Made by a program: the position numbers and the translations under genes. The notes under the pieces are model-generated. The model saw only the letters and a program-made list of their open reading frames with translations. It did no database searches and had not been told where the DNA came from. Shown one piece after another: positions 1 through 30,043 of a DNA stretch of 64,000 nucleotides; position 1 is the stretch's first letter, and each line of letters begins with the position of its first letter. Source of the DNA: Podarcis melisellensis (taxonomy: Eukaryota); the NCBI GenBank assembly GCA_964234715.1, contig OZ174282.1; one strand, given 5' to 3'.

Positions 1-40
1 GGCAGAATACGAGGTTTCCTTCATTGGCTTTCAGGGGGAA

Positions 41-608
41 TATTATCATTATATTCATACCCCACCTTTCCTGCAAGGACCTCAGTGGGGCATACATGGT
101 TCGTCTCCTCCATTTTATCCTCGCGACAGCCCTGTAAGGTAGGTAAGGCTGAGAGGCAGTGACTGGCTCAAGGTTACCCAGTGAACTTCATGGCAGAGTG
201 GGGATTCAAACCCTGGTCCCTGAGGTGCCCATCCAAATTGCTATCCTGAAATATACTCGGAGTCGAGAGTGGGTTTCATGCTCTTTATTCAGCTCATAGT
301 GGTGAGGAGGAATGGAAGTTTTCCCAGAATGTCTGCTTTATATACATTATTTACACAATGGGCCCCATGTGATTGGCTAATTCTGGGATTCTCTTGTAGG
401 CCAATCAGGTTGCGGATTCACTTCCACCTGTAGCTGGATCGGGTGGCTCCTGTGGACCAATCAGACTGCTGCATTCTGGGTCCTATTGTTCTAGGACCAA
501 TCAGACTGCTGCATTCTGAATCCTATTGTTCTAGGACCAATCAGATTGCTGCATTTTGGAGCCTATTCAACTCAGTACATAACATATCCACTGCAACGCA
601 CTGGCTCT
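41..608 (-). mobile_element. tRNA-headed (MIR-like) SINE interrupted by a solo LTR
   Basis: CCATTTTATCCTC..CCCTGT.AGGTAGG..GGGATTCAAACCC pattern; a similar copy lies at 36076-36283. Confidence 0.6.
247..584 (-). mobile_element. Solo LTR (338 bp) with 5-bp TSD TATCC and internal ~39-bp CCAAT-containing tandem repeats
   Basis: Minus strand reads TGTTATG...TTTCA; TATCC at 242-246 and 585-589; TATA-like and AATAAA motifs on the minus strand. Confidence 0.8.
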
Positions 609-2079
609 TGTAAAAACAACAGGTGGCAAGTGTAATGATTACTCTCCATGTAAGCACATCTTCCTAGAATTGTTTATCCCATGATATTCTGCCACCCGAT
701 GCAGGCTGTTTCACCCTCATGGGCAGTCCGGCCCTGAGAGAGAGGTCCTTCTTGGTAGTGGCATGGCTGTAGAATGCCTCCTCAGTAAAAGTAACATGGC
801 ACTTCCCTCATAGTCTTTTTAGTGCAGTGCGAAAGCCCTTTTGATTCACCATGGCCTTTTCAACGACTAGTATTTTTAAGCGAAACTTGGGCTCTCTTTA
901 TGTAAAGCTGTGTTTTATTTTACTGAGTGGCTAATGCTACTTTTCCTCTGACAAAAAGAAAGGCAGGTAGAGATAAACTTTTGCGCTGCATTTTAGCAGT
1001 TTTGCTGATGCTTTTACTTATTACCTTGTTGGTTAATATTGCATTCTATTCTTTGCCCTGACAGCCCCCCCCCCCAAAGTAATATGGATGACCCTATAAC
1101 TCTCATCATAAATAAAAGATGGTTTTTATTCAACTACCAGTGTGAACGTAGTTTACTCCAGATTCTGTTTCCATGGCAACCTTGCCATTCACAATTTTGC
1201 TTCTGTAGTGTCTACAGGCATCGTTCCATAGGCATATCCCCCAACATTTCTCTGATGAAAATAGGAATGTCCCGTTCCATCATCATCATCATCCCTTTAG
1301 CCAGGCTCCTGTAGATATCAACAAATATAATTGATCAAACGAAGTGACGGTGATGTTATGCACAAGAGTTAGACAGGGTGCCTGCATTTGTCACCTGTTT
1401 CACCCATGAAGAGTCTGGGGCTTCTTCAGTAAATTCTCTCTCACGCTTTTTAAACATTTATAAACATTCAAGTCCATATGTTACATTTCTTCTTAGATTA
1501 AGATACAATATTTAATTTGTTTCTTCAGGAAATTCTCCCTCGAGATTTTGGTGTATTTACATACATTCAACTTCATATGTTAAGTTCTTTCTTGACTTAA
1601 GCATTTATTCATTTACTAAGCCTGGCTAAAGGAACTCTAAGACTGAATCTTCCTTTTGGACACAATTTGAATGAGTTTTCTGTTTGTGGCTTCTCTAGTA
1701 GATCTTGAACGTAGCTCTCTCAATTTTTGGATTATTAAGATAAGATTTATAACATAGAATGATTTGGTAGTGTTTTGTGTGCCGCTTATGTGCTGCTTAT
1801 TTTATACTGGTCTATTTTGAGAATTGGCAGCATAGGTACGTTTCTTTAGTACATTTTAGCAAAGCTAAGCAGGGGCAGGTATGGTTTCGAATTGGATGAG
1901 GAGCTACGTATTGAGATTTCTGTATTGCAGAGGATTGGACTAGATGACTCCTGGGGTCCCTTCCAATTCTATGGTGAATAGCGGTTACATATGTAACACT
2001 TTTATGTATTGAATTTTTCTAGTTTATCCTATCATCCCGCAAAGATGACATCATATGCCTGCGTTTTAAAATTGCACCA

Positions 2080-3216
2080 ATGGAAGCTAAGGCGGTGAAA
2101 AAACTTAATATGGATTCTAAACGGCCAAAATACTGTGAAATCCTAGAACAAGATGGTGAGAAGCTTAAACTTCAGAGTTATGAGAAATTAAAGTTCAAAG
2201 TTCGAGACTGGTTACATTACCATCAGATAAATGAGACATTTAAGCAGGACAGGAAAATTGGATTTCAGAAGGAGAGGTCAAAGTTAGAAACAGAATTGTT
2301 AGAACCCAATACTAAGAATTTGTCTAGAATGTATAACTTGCTGTTGAAATGGAACACACAGGATGAAACGGTGAAATCAGCTATGATTAAATGGGCACAG
2401 GATATCGGTCATGACATTATGTTTGCTGACTGGGAACAGTTATGGACCACTGGTGTTAAATTTACGGCATGTAATGCCTTAAAAGAAAACATAATGAAAA
2501 TGATTTACAGGTGGTACATGACCCCAGTCAAGCTTGCAAAAATTTATCATTTGCCCAATAACAAATGCTGGAAATGTAATGAGACTGAAGGTACCTTTTA
2601 CCACCTTTGGTGGACCTGCCCAAAGATTAAAGCCTTTTGGGAGATGATTTATAATGAAATTAAGAAGGTCCTTAAGTGGACTTTTCCTAAGAAACCTGAG
2701 GCTTTTCTCTTGGGCATGGTTGGCCAACTGGTGCCAAAGAAGGATAGGACTTTTTTCATGTATGCAACCACAGCAGCAAGAACTCTTCTGGCAAAGTATT
2801 GGAAGATGCAAGAACTACCTACTCTGGAAGAATGGCAGACGAAGGTGACAGACTTCATGGGACTAGCAGAGATGACCGGCAGAATCCGAGACCAGGGGAA
2901 AGAGACAGTGGAAGAGGACTGGAAGAAATTCAAAACATATCTCAAAAACTGTTGTAAAATTGAGGAGTGTTAAGATGTCAAGGGGTAAGAAGTAGAGAAT
3001 TACAGCTGTAACTAATAAGTCTAAGGAAATTTAATGAAAAGGAACTAATAGATAAATTGACTAAAGGGTTGCTAAAGAATTGTGGAATAAGGATGCAGCG
3101 AAAGGGAGGTATGGGGAAGTCGGTATATGTTTAATGTTGTGTATGTTTTTGTTTTGTGTTGTGTTTGTTTTTTATTACGTGTTTGAAAAATGAATAAAAA
3201 TTAAAAAAAATAAAAA
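2080..3216 (+). mobile_element. 5'-truncated L1/Tx1-clade LINE (ORF2 C-terminus, 3' UTR, A-rich tail)
   Basis: Uninterrupted 297-aa frame with CWKC..GTFYHLWWTCPK zinc knuckle; AATAAA and A-rich tail; TSD TAAAATTGCACCA (2067-2079) / TAAAATTGCGCCA (3217-3229). Confidence 0.9.
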
Positions 3217-3220
3217 TAAA

Positions 3221-21161
<17,941 letters not shown>

Positions 21162-21419
21162 GCCCTAGGAGCCCCGACGCTGTTGTCTCTTCCACTTGGG
21201 CCCCAATTGGACCGATCTTTCTCTCCCCCTCCCCATTTCCCTGCATGTCTATGACCAGCCCCCACCCCAAGTGGATCCATATGGTGATATTGGTCAGTGG
21301 CTGACTCTGGAGTCCACCTCCCTCTTCCACTCTTAGCTCCATGTTCTGAAACCTTCCTCGGCAGCTGTGATACTTCCTCCTATCTCATTTTAGCCAGGTT
21401 CCATCTTTAGTTTTGTTGT

Positions 21420-21436
21420 GCCACCAGGTGGCAGCA
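21420..21436 (+). promoter_or_regulatory. Candidate CTCF site in PPP2R1A 3' UTR
   Basis: GCCACCAGGTGGCAGCA matches the CTCF core consensus CCASYAGRKGGCRS. Confidence 0.5.
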
Positions 21437-22604
21437 AATGGCAGCCTCTCCCTCGCGTGTGCCCCCCCCCTCCAGTCCTGCCTCCTGGTGCAAGCTCATG
21501 AGAGGCAGAGCAGCCCCTTCAAACCTACACTTGGCATGATCAATGTGAACACTCTGGGGAGGCAAAGTGCTTGGGGCTTCTGTAACCTTTTGGCCACAGT
21601 TTGCATGAGAACTTCCCCACAGTGCTGTATGTAGCTGTGCATGAGGTATTGATTTGGCCTTCCTCTTGATGAACTTTGCTCAGTGGGCAGCCAGATTGCC
21701 CCTGCCACTCCCCCATCCCAGCGATTTAAAAAGTAAAAAAAAAAAGTCCCAGGGGTCCTCCATTCAGTGTCTCTAACACCACTTAATCAGATAGAGTATC
21801 GGTTACAAAACTAACTAGTTCTCAGGGGGTTCCTTTGTTAGCAAACTTCTCTTATGCTCTTAAGTTGAATGCAGCAGAGGCCTCTCCCCTCCAGCCCCAG
21901 AGAGGGGAGGAAGGGGTGCTTAAATCCCTATTGTTTTAATTTCTCACCAAACTCACTACTATTCTTTCTCAGTTCAGGTCCCCCTCGTACCCTATCTTCT
22001 GTGCTGGAAGGAGTTTCTGTAGATAGCATGTTGGGAGAAGCAGCTCTTTGCAGAAAATATTACTTTGGGGCGGTGAAGGATATGAACCCAGCAGGAATTG
22101 TTGTCTTGGGTCCGCAGCATTTGGGAGACTGCCTCTAGGCTAAAAGTTTGTCAAACACACACCCGGTATCTCAGCCAGGCTTTTTAAGCTTGGCCCTTCC
22201 TAAATTTGGAGGGGTAAAGGGATGCTTTTATGAAGACATCAGTCAGCAGGAGGGGCAATCAGGTCGCTGTCTCCTGCAATGCTTGGACTATCCTGTGTGG
22301 CATATTAGCCGATTGGAATCTCCAGCATCTATCATGAAAAACCACCACCAACTTCCTCTTCCCCTCCCCTTAGTCTGCCTTGATTATGTCCTGACCCCTA
22401 TTCTTTTTTTTTTAGTTCCCAGCTGCTGCCTCTGTGGTTCTTGCACTGAACAAGTATCTAAGTGTGTTTTCTAACCACACACCCCTTAACACAAACACAC
22501 ACAAACACCCTCTGTTAGTGGCATGTAATTTTAAAACTGTTGGATTTTTTTTTATTTTGATTTTTTTTGTGTACACTTGTTTTTCCCCCCTCCTCTCTAC
22601 AATT

Positions 22605-22610
22605 AATAAA
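22605..22610 (+). terminator. Likely PPP2R1A polyadenylation signal AATAAA (3' UTR ~1.45 kb)
   Basis: AATAAA preceded by U-rich tracts and TGTA motifs, followed by T/GT-rich sequence. Confidence 0.65.
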
Positions 22611-22756
22611 ATGCTCGATCGTTATTTGGTATCTCATTCACTTTGGGCTGGGGTGACGGGAACAGAGTAAAACTATTTGAGACAGGAGTGGGGGAAACCT
22701 GGGCCTGTGGGCCTGAATTCAGTCTTCCAGGCTTCTTTATCCATCCCTCAAGATGC

Positions 22757-22757
<1 letters not shown>

Positions 22758-22801
<44 letters not shown>
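22758..22801. repeat. (CA)n microsatellite; others: (CT)n(CG)5 4587-4625, (AAT)n 29701-29746, (GA)n 49015-49095, (TAA)n 50343-50397
   Basis: Directly visible simple repeats. Confidence 0.95.
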
Positions 22802-22803
<2 letters not shown>

Positions 22804-23799
22804 GTTAGCCCTGCTCTGTACCATCCTAGAGTGCTTTTGCCTGTATGGAATGTGTACTTGAACTGTGATCCTGCCTCTTGCTCACCCAAATGGAGACAGG
22901 CTGGGGGTGGGAGGGCAGGAGAGATGTAGCAGTTTCTGGCCTTTGCACTGCTGGGCAAAAAGTCACATTTGCTGCTTCACCCACTGGCCCCAACACAGTC
23001 CTTGCAGGATGCCCACAACAGAACGTGGCTTTCCAGAAGAAACAGGTTCCCTGGCCACTGCTTTAGTGAGAAGTAGTTGCAGGAAGCCTGTCGCCTCTAG
23101 GGTATAAGCTCTGTATTTGTATTCACTTCTATACATCTCAGTTGTGCTTTGTGCAAGAGAAATCATCCTGCAGAATTGAGAACCAAGACTCATAGGTTGT
23201 GAACCCTAAGCAAATACTTCTCTGCACTTGAGAACAAATCCCTCCTCTCTATATAACAAGCTTCTGTTATCTGGAGAGCCTCAGGTTTCCTCTTGGCGTT
23301 TGCCGACTACATAGACTCCGATATCGCCACTTTGCATGTCGTCTTCTCTGGATGGCTTAATTATTTTTAGTGTCCCTTTCATTATCCCATCGCTGAACTA
23401 CAGTTGACAGTTCCTGTTGTTGGAGAGGAGCTCAACAATGGAATCCAGTGAACAACCCATACTGCAGCACTTTTGGAGGGCTTCATTTCTAAGAATTGCA
23501 GGCCTTTTCCCAGATTTTGACAGGATGGGAAGAGTTGTAGTTGGGGGTTAGAAAGAGAGTGAATTGGGGCTTCTGGTCCTGCCTGCCTTAATGGAGGCAG
23601 CCCTCAGGACAGCAAACAAAAAATAAGGATGACAGGGTAAACAAGTACCTGGCTCTCGCTCTGGCATGAGATGTGAGAGGCAAGGAGGCTCTGAGTGCAA
23701 AAAAACCTTACCTGGTGAAAACCCTCCTACACCGCCATTAAGAAGCAGAAGTTCTCTTGTTTAATTGAATGTTAAATTGGCTTTAAAGTACTGGCACAT

Positions 23800-24845
23800 G
23801 ATGGAAAAGGATTGCAACAACATACTGTGGAATATACCAACTACATAGATCAAAGGTTTGAATTGAGAGAAGATTTTCTTCGGAGTGAGAGATGGGGCGA
23901 GGGAAGCCCACGTTTTCTATATTTAGGATTTGGCAATCCTCTCCAGAATATAAGATAAAAAGAAATTTACAAGTGAGGAAGGGATGTTGGAGTAATACTG
24001 ATATTAACAAGCAAAAATGGAAACACTGAAATGAAAGGGGGAGAGGAAGCTCAAGTATGACAGTATCGGAAAGGCAAGAGTACCCCTCACCTCCATTTAA
24101 AAACAACAGATGAGGAAAACTCAGATTTGTACTTGCTACTGATGGAACGTAATCTAAGATAAAGTTTAATTGGGCCATAAATCTCTTGCTGGAAGGAAAA
24201 TAATTTGGGGGCTGTTATAAGACTGCTGCAGAGTTGGAAAGGATTAAATCATCACGTTCGAAAACTGCCCGCCTTTTCCTAGGCTAAGGGAAATGGTGAA
24301 GATCTGCAGCATGTTTTACTAGTGAGGCAGAATGGTTTCTAGCCGACTGTTGCCTGCAACATTGAAGTGAGGGATGGAGAGAGATAAGACCCCTGAGAAA
24401 CTTCGAGATTCAGTTCTGCCCCAAGTCACGATGGGAGAAAACAGCAACTGGGAAGTTAAAGATTGACAACAGCATATATGGACACAAGGAATCTCCATGG
24501 ATATAACAGTTTTAACACGCAGGGCAGAATAAAGATAATAGTTTGAGTTCCTTATTTGAAGCTTTATAAATTTATATATTGTAACATCACAAATGGAAAT
24601 CATTAATTATGTAGCTGCTGACTAAGGGATCATTATATCTAAAATGTAACTGACATTAATTAAGATTATGGAACACAGTGACAAGATCAGAAATGCACCC
24701 AAACCATGCAGGGAGCCACTTTAACTAAAATGTATTAGTTGATAGTTGATTGGCACTTGGATAATGGTATATAATTTGGGAATTCTTACTGTTATAATTT
24801 GGCTATTGTTGGGGATATATTGGAAAACTAATTTTAAAAAAAATA
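23800..24845 (+). mobile_element. Degenerate L1-clade 3' fragment(s)
   Basis: A-rich; remnants resembling the 2080 element (YVAA..., DYG...KIRN). Confidence 0.4.
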
Positions 24846-25613
24846 TTAAAAAATCACAGTAAATTGGGGAAGGAGGGGGACGTTCTGTCCTTTATTTTCT
24901 GAAGAACTACCCCCTTCTACTTTCCGTGTACTCAGCTCTGTGTGTTCTCTCTGTTTTGCTGAGCAAATATTCTTTGCATCTCCCTTGGGAGGAGAGAGCT
25001 CTTTTAGAGCTGGAACAGCTTCAGGAGGGGCTTTGATAACAAACAACTACTATTCCTTGGTGTCACTGCATTAAATTTTCATTTATTTAGCCCATTTTTT
25101 GTATTCTGGTCATGCTTTGGCAGAATGCTTGGAAGAGAAACCAACAGGTTTTGCCAAATGTCACTGTTAAGAGATAATATTTTTTTAAAAAAATCTGGCT
25201 GTTATGCAGCTGGGCTTAATTTTCAAGCATCTGGTGGCAAAATTTAACTGCTAGAGGTTAAGGCAAACAACTGGACCTGTTGGGGGAATTATGAGGACAT
25301 TCCACCAAGGAATGTGGGATATTTTGCCTGAGAGGATCAGCGGGGGGGAGAGTATAGGATATTTTGCCATGGGCATGAAAAACCCCCACATTCCAGCTGT
25401 TGAAGGTGTATCTCAAAGGCTGTGCCCTAACACCCACGATTAGTGCTTCTGAGCATGCACAAAGTGCCTTCCCACTTGACCCTGAAGTCCGAAGTGAGGG
25501 GAAAGTTTCAGGGCCGACAATGGGACGTAACACAGCAGTCATTCAAGAAACAGAAGTTGCGAGTTGATGTCATAACCAGAAACCCACCACATTCACCCCA
25601 CTTAGCTTTCCAG

Positions 25614-25947
25614 GTGGGCACGGGTGGCGCTGTGGGTTAAACCACAGAGCCTAGGACTTGCTGATCAGAAGGTCGGCGGTTCAAATCCCCGCAACGGGGT
25701 GAGCTCCCGTTGCTCAGTCCCAGCTCCTGCCAACCTAGCAGTTCGAAAGCATGTCAAAGTGCAAGTAGATAAATAGGTACCGCTCTGGCGGGAAGGTCAA
25801 CGGCGTTTCCATGCACTGCTCTGGTTCACCAGAAGTGGCTTAGTCATGCTGGCCACATGACCCGGAAGCTGTACGCTGGCTCCCTCGGCCAATAAAGCGA
25901 GATGAGCGCCGCAACCCCAGAGTCGGTCACCCTTTACCCTTTACCTT
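25614..25947 (+). mobile_element. Sauria-type SINE, near full length
   Basis: GGGTGGCGCTGTGGGTTAAACC head with B-box GGTTCAAATCC, GCAAGTAGATAAATAGGTAC core, (ACCTTT)n tail; TSD TTAGCTTTCCAG. Confidence 0.88.
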
Positions 25948-27015
25948 TTAGCTTTCCAGAGAGGAGCACAAAAGAAATCTGCAGTCTTTGTAACATTTGC
26001 TTTATTGACAAGCACACAAGCAGATCACGAGTGGAGGCAAACAGGCAAGTCTTCAAGGCAACAATCTCCAGAGCTACATGGCCTTCAGCCTAAGGTGCTC
26101 TCCCTTCAAGCAACCCTAGCTTATTCTCTCCCTACCCCCTGCTCCTCGCTAGGACCCTTTCAGCTGTAAAAGCACTATCATATGCAGACCACCTGTCTCT
26201 GCAGCTCGAATTGCCCATTTAGGAACATCTACAGCCATCAAAGGAACACTTAAGGCTCTCTGGATAACAATCCTTGAGTCCAATTAGGCATCACTGATAG
26301 ACCATGCTGAAAGCCCCATTTGCAGTGCACAATGAGCTTGCAATATTCTAACCAGAGGATATGGGAAATGAGTGGACTCATTCTATGATTTCTAGACTCT
26401 GGCTCAGAGGGATAAGCTGTTGTCAAGCTGGAGGCATTATGGTTCTTTGTTCAAAACTGAGTTGAACTAGAGGACAGGAAATCTCAAAAAGGCATTTCTG
26501 AAGCTGCTTTCGGAAGTCTGGCCCTCCTGCCTTGTGTCACATGGCAATACAAACTTAGGCTTGTTAGCTCTTAAAATTAATAGCTGTGCTGGTAACGGGG
26601 CAAGGCCTGGGGTGGAGCTTGTGGTTTTCTCAGATCTGGAAGTAGAGCCTACTTCAAAACCTCCCTATTCACAGAGAAGTAAGCAAGCTGTTTAGATTTG
26701 AAAGCCAGTCTTGTTCCTTGCATTTCTGGCAACTTCCCCTCCCCTTTCCCAAATCAGCCAGGTCAGTACTTTGCTGATTAATGACATCAACTAATTCAAC
26801 TGTGAAATGTAACAACAATTAATAAAAGTGTTGCGGATTAGGGAGCTCCGTGCAAAGGGGAAAGGCTGGCACATGTCAAATCGCTGGGCCCTCTGCCTAT
26901 ACGGAGATGCTGGCAAGCAGATATTCCTTTCACTGCAATGTGCCTGAACAGCATGCAAATAATCGGACCTTCGCACTCTGCCTGGAGCCAGTCCTGAGAC
27001 CTGGGGGTATAGGGT

Positions 27016-27455
27016 GGGTTATAGACGCTTCAGGTTACAGACTCCTCTAACCCAGAAATAGTACCTCGGGTTAAGAACTTTGTTTAAGGATGAGAATAGA
27101 AATAGCATGGCGGCGGTGCAGCAGCAATGGGAGGCCCCATTAGCTAAAGTGGTACCTCAGGTTTCAGGTTGAGAACGGACCTCCGGAACGAATTACAGTG
27201 GTACCTCTGGTTAAGTACATAATTCGTTCCAGAGGTCCGTACTTAACCTGAAACTGTTCTTAACCTGAAGCACCACTTTAGCTAATGGGGCCTCCTGCTG
27301 CCGCCGGAGCACGATTTCTGTTCTCATCCTGAAGCAAAGTTCTTAACCTGAAGCACTATTTCTGGGTTAGCGGAGTCTGTAACCTGAAGCATATGTAACC
27401 TGAAGCGTATGTAACCCGAGGTACCACTGTAAGTTCTTAACCTGAGGTACCACTA
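27016..27455. mobile_element. Tc1/mariner (Tigger-like) MITE containing an inverted copy of the same family (inner copy 27196..27429)
   Basis: Inner TIR CAGTGGTACCTC with TA TSD; the outer copy resumes at AGTTCTTAACCTGAGGTACCACT. Confidence 0.85.
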
Positions 27456-28945
27456 TAATAATTAAAAAGGTACACTGGTGATTCTTCTTCCTCATCTCAC
27501 TTCTCAACCGTGCAGAGTTGGCACCAGCGGATTCTGGGGGAGGAGCCAAAGCCAAGATGGCCAAAATCCTGGTTCCTTGGGGACCACTGACCTGAAAGCA
27601 GGAGGAATCAGTGGCAAACCTATTGCTGCAGGTGTTTTAGCAGCAGAGCCCCCACTCCGATGCATTTGACTTTGTCACTGGGTGCTGTTTTCAGCACCGA
27701 GAGTTCAATCTGGGTGCTGGCCAGAGTGCATTGGGCAAGATTCTCTGGGTAGGTCCTTGCCAATGTCACAGATTTCCATTTTCTGTGGGCCCAATCCAGA
27801 GGGAAAGATGAGCAGAGGGTGCCACTCCTTTCTCGTTGTTCATGGCCTCACCAGGAGCAGGTGAGCATGCAAGTCACCAATGGAGGCTCGTTCATTAGGG
27901 CAAAGGATGTGCTGAACAACTAGCTTTTGCCTCCCCTTTGCCAACTCTCGCCTGCTTGCCTGCCTGCCTGCCTTGCTTAACAACTCACTCCAGGGGTGGC
28001 CCTGCCCCTTAGTTTTCTCCTCCCGAGTGCTGTCCTTGCAGAACTCAGCAGCCAGGAGGAGGAATGAACTCTGGGACACTTGCTGAGAAAGCAGCAAAGT
28101 CTACAGTGTGGGCTGAGCCTTGCGACTCTTCAGACTTCCAGCTACATCTCTTGATCTCTTTGCCGCTGCCACAAACCCTGAAAGAGACAAGGCACACTTG
28201 ACGCACGATGCCACAAATTGCTGCCTGCTTAAAAGCCCATGTGGAGGAAAAAAGGAGAGCAAAAGCTGCTTCTATCCTTGCTTGATAGAGCCCTCGTAAG
28301 TAGTGTTCCTTCATACACACTCGCAAGTGATTGCATAAGGGGTGATGGGAGTTGTGAGGGGAAGCAGGAGGGGAAAAACCTCGTTTCTGGAGGGGGGTAT
28401 CAGAGCAGGCCCAACAGGAATGGCCCTACCATTGGGCAGAGTGAGGCAGCTGCCCTGGTTGGCAGTGGCCGTGAAGCTAACCTGCTGTATCCGGCAGCGG
28501 TGGAGGCTGCAGTTCCTCTCATAGCTAGTATTTCAGTTCTCAGCTGCCACTTGGGTTGAGTTCTGTTCATTGGAACGGTCAGTGCAAAGTCATCTTGTCC
28601 TTGGCAAAAGGCAGCAAAACGTCTTGAGCATCGCATGAGTCAGGCATCAGAGACGGCAGGCACAGTGTCGACAGCAATGAGGTGGGCAGTGTTTCCTGTT
28701 ACGGGTACGCAAAAGTCATTTCTTTTCATCTCTGTAAACATCGGTTTTGATGAGCGGGAGCCTCAAACAATCCCACAGAGATCTTGATTGGTAATCAAAA
28801 TGTGCAGATGCAAGCTGAAGAGAAGTCGCGGGGGGAACGGTGTATAGAAAGGGAAATTATACTTCTCTTGAAACAGGGTTTGCAAAGGCCACCAGCGATG
28901 TCAAGTGACTGAAAGAGCATTTTGAACATTCTCCCATGTTGCGTG

Positions 28946-29329
28946 TAGGGTTGCCACCTTTATTCTGGCAAAATACAGGACGGGGTGGGGGGGGGGTTGG
29001 AGGGAATCCCCCCCCAAAGCTGGTGCTGAAGTGTCTTCAAAGCAATCCATTACAATCTATTTCAACCTAACAGGATGGCCTCTCTGGAATTTTTTGCACA
29101 TACATACAAATGAATTTGCAAATCTGTCTGTGCTTGGCTATACAGAGCTTAAATACATGTCCTTTCACACACACCTTTCAAACATGTGTTTAGAGCGGAT
29201 CTCTTAACTTGGCACAGATTGAGAGAGAACACCTGAAATACAGGACAAAAGTGTATCAATACAGGACGTAGCGTTTCACATTGAAATACGGGACAATCCT
29301 GTATTTATGCTGGTCAGGTGGCAACCCTA
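28946..29329. mobile_element. hAT (Blackjack-like) MITE; related copy at 49795-50040
   Basis: TIR TAGGGTTGCCACC / GGTGGCAACCCTA with internal AATACAGGAC repeats. Confidence 0.7.
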
Positions 29330-29698
29330 GCTGCAGGTGTTCAGTGCATCCGGACAGCAGTTTCTTCTGTAAATATCAAGTTTCTAGCCCTCATTGTTGC
29401 AAGCAAAACAAAAACAAACAAAATGCAATCTGGGGATGTTAAAAAGCTGAGAAATTGAGGTTGCTGGTGTTTCAGGGAATCCAGTTCCTCGTGACCCATC
29501 ACCTCTTGGTGAGAAAATCCTGTTCACACTTAATTGCCTTCCTCAATCCAGCTGCAGTAGATGTTCTCTCTACACCAGGGGTGGGAAGCTGGTGATGGTC
29601 CTGATGTTGCTGTGCCGCAGTTCCAATTATCTCTGAACATCAGGCATACTGAGTGGGGCTGATGGACTGCAATGTCATCTTGAGGTCCAATGGTAGTA

Positions 29699-29747
<49 letters not shown>

Positions 29748-29889
29748 GTTCTCCCTGTCTGCTCTACACACACACACACCCAACACTCCCTTATCTTTCA
29801 GTCAGCAGCTGGGTTAGGATGAAACAGTCCCCCATTTTTGCATTCCCCCTCAATAAAAAACATTTGCAATGATCAGATAATTTGCTGGA

Positions 29890-30043
29890 CCACGAGTTAG
29901 CTCAGCTGGTTAGAGTGTGGTGCTAATAAGGCCAAGATAAGGGTTCAGTCCCCTTACGGGCCACCTGCATATTCGTGCATTGTAGGGGGTTGGACTACAA
30001 GATGCTTGGGTTCCCTTCCAGCTGCATTTCTATGATTCTATGA
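29890..30043 (+). mobile_element. tRNA(Ile)-derived SINE with CR1-like 3' tail
   Basis: TAGCTCAGCTGGTTAGAG..TGCTAATAA head; GGTTGGACTA..CCCTTCCA..TTCTATGATTCT tail. Confidence 0.75.

Noticed and set aside
454-570. ~39-bp direct repeats resembling a CRISPR-like array
   Set aside because: Tandem units have no unique spacers and lie inside a solo LTR in a vertebrate genome.
2080-2973. 297-aa ORF as a host gene
   Set aside because: It is the C-terminal part of a LINE ORF2 with zinc knuckle, A-rich tail and TSD; the ATG sits at the truncation junction.
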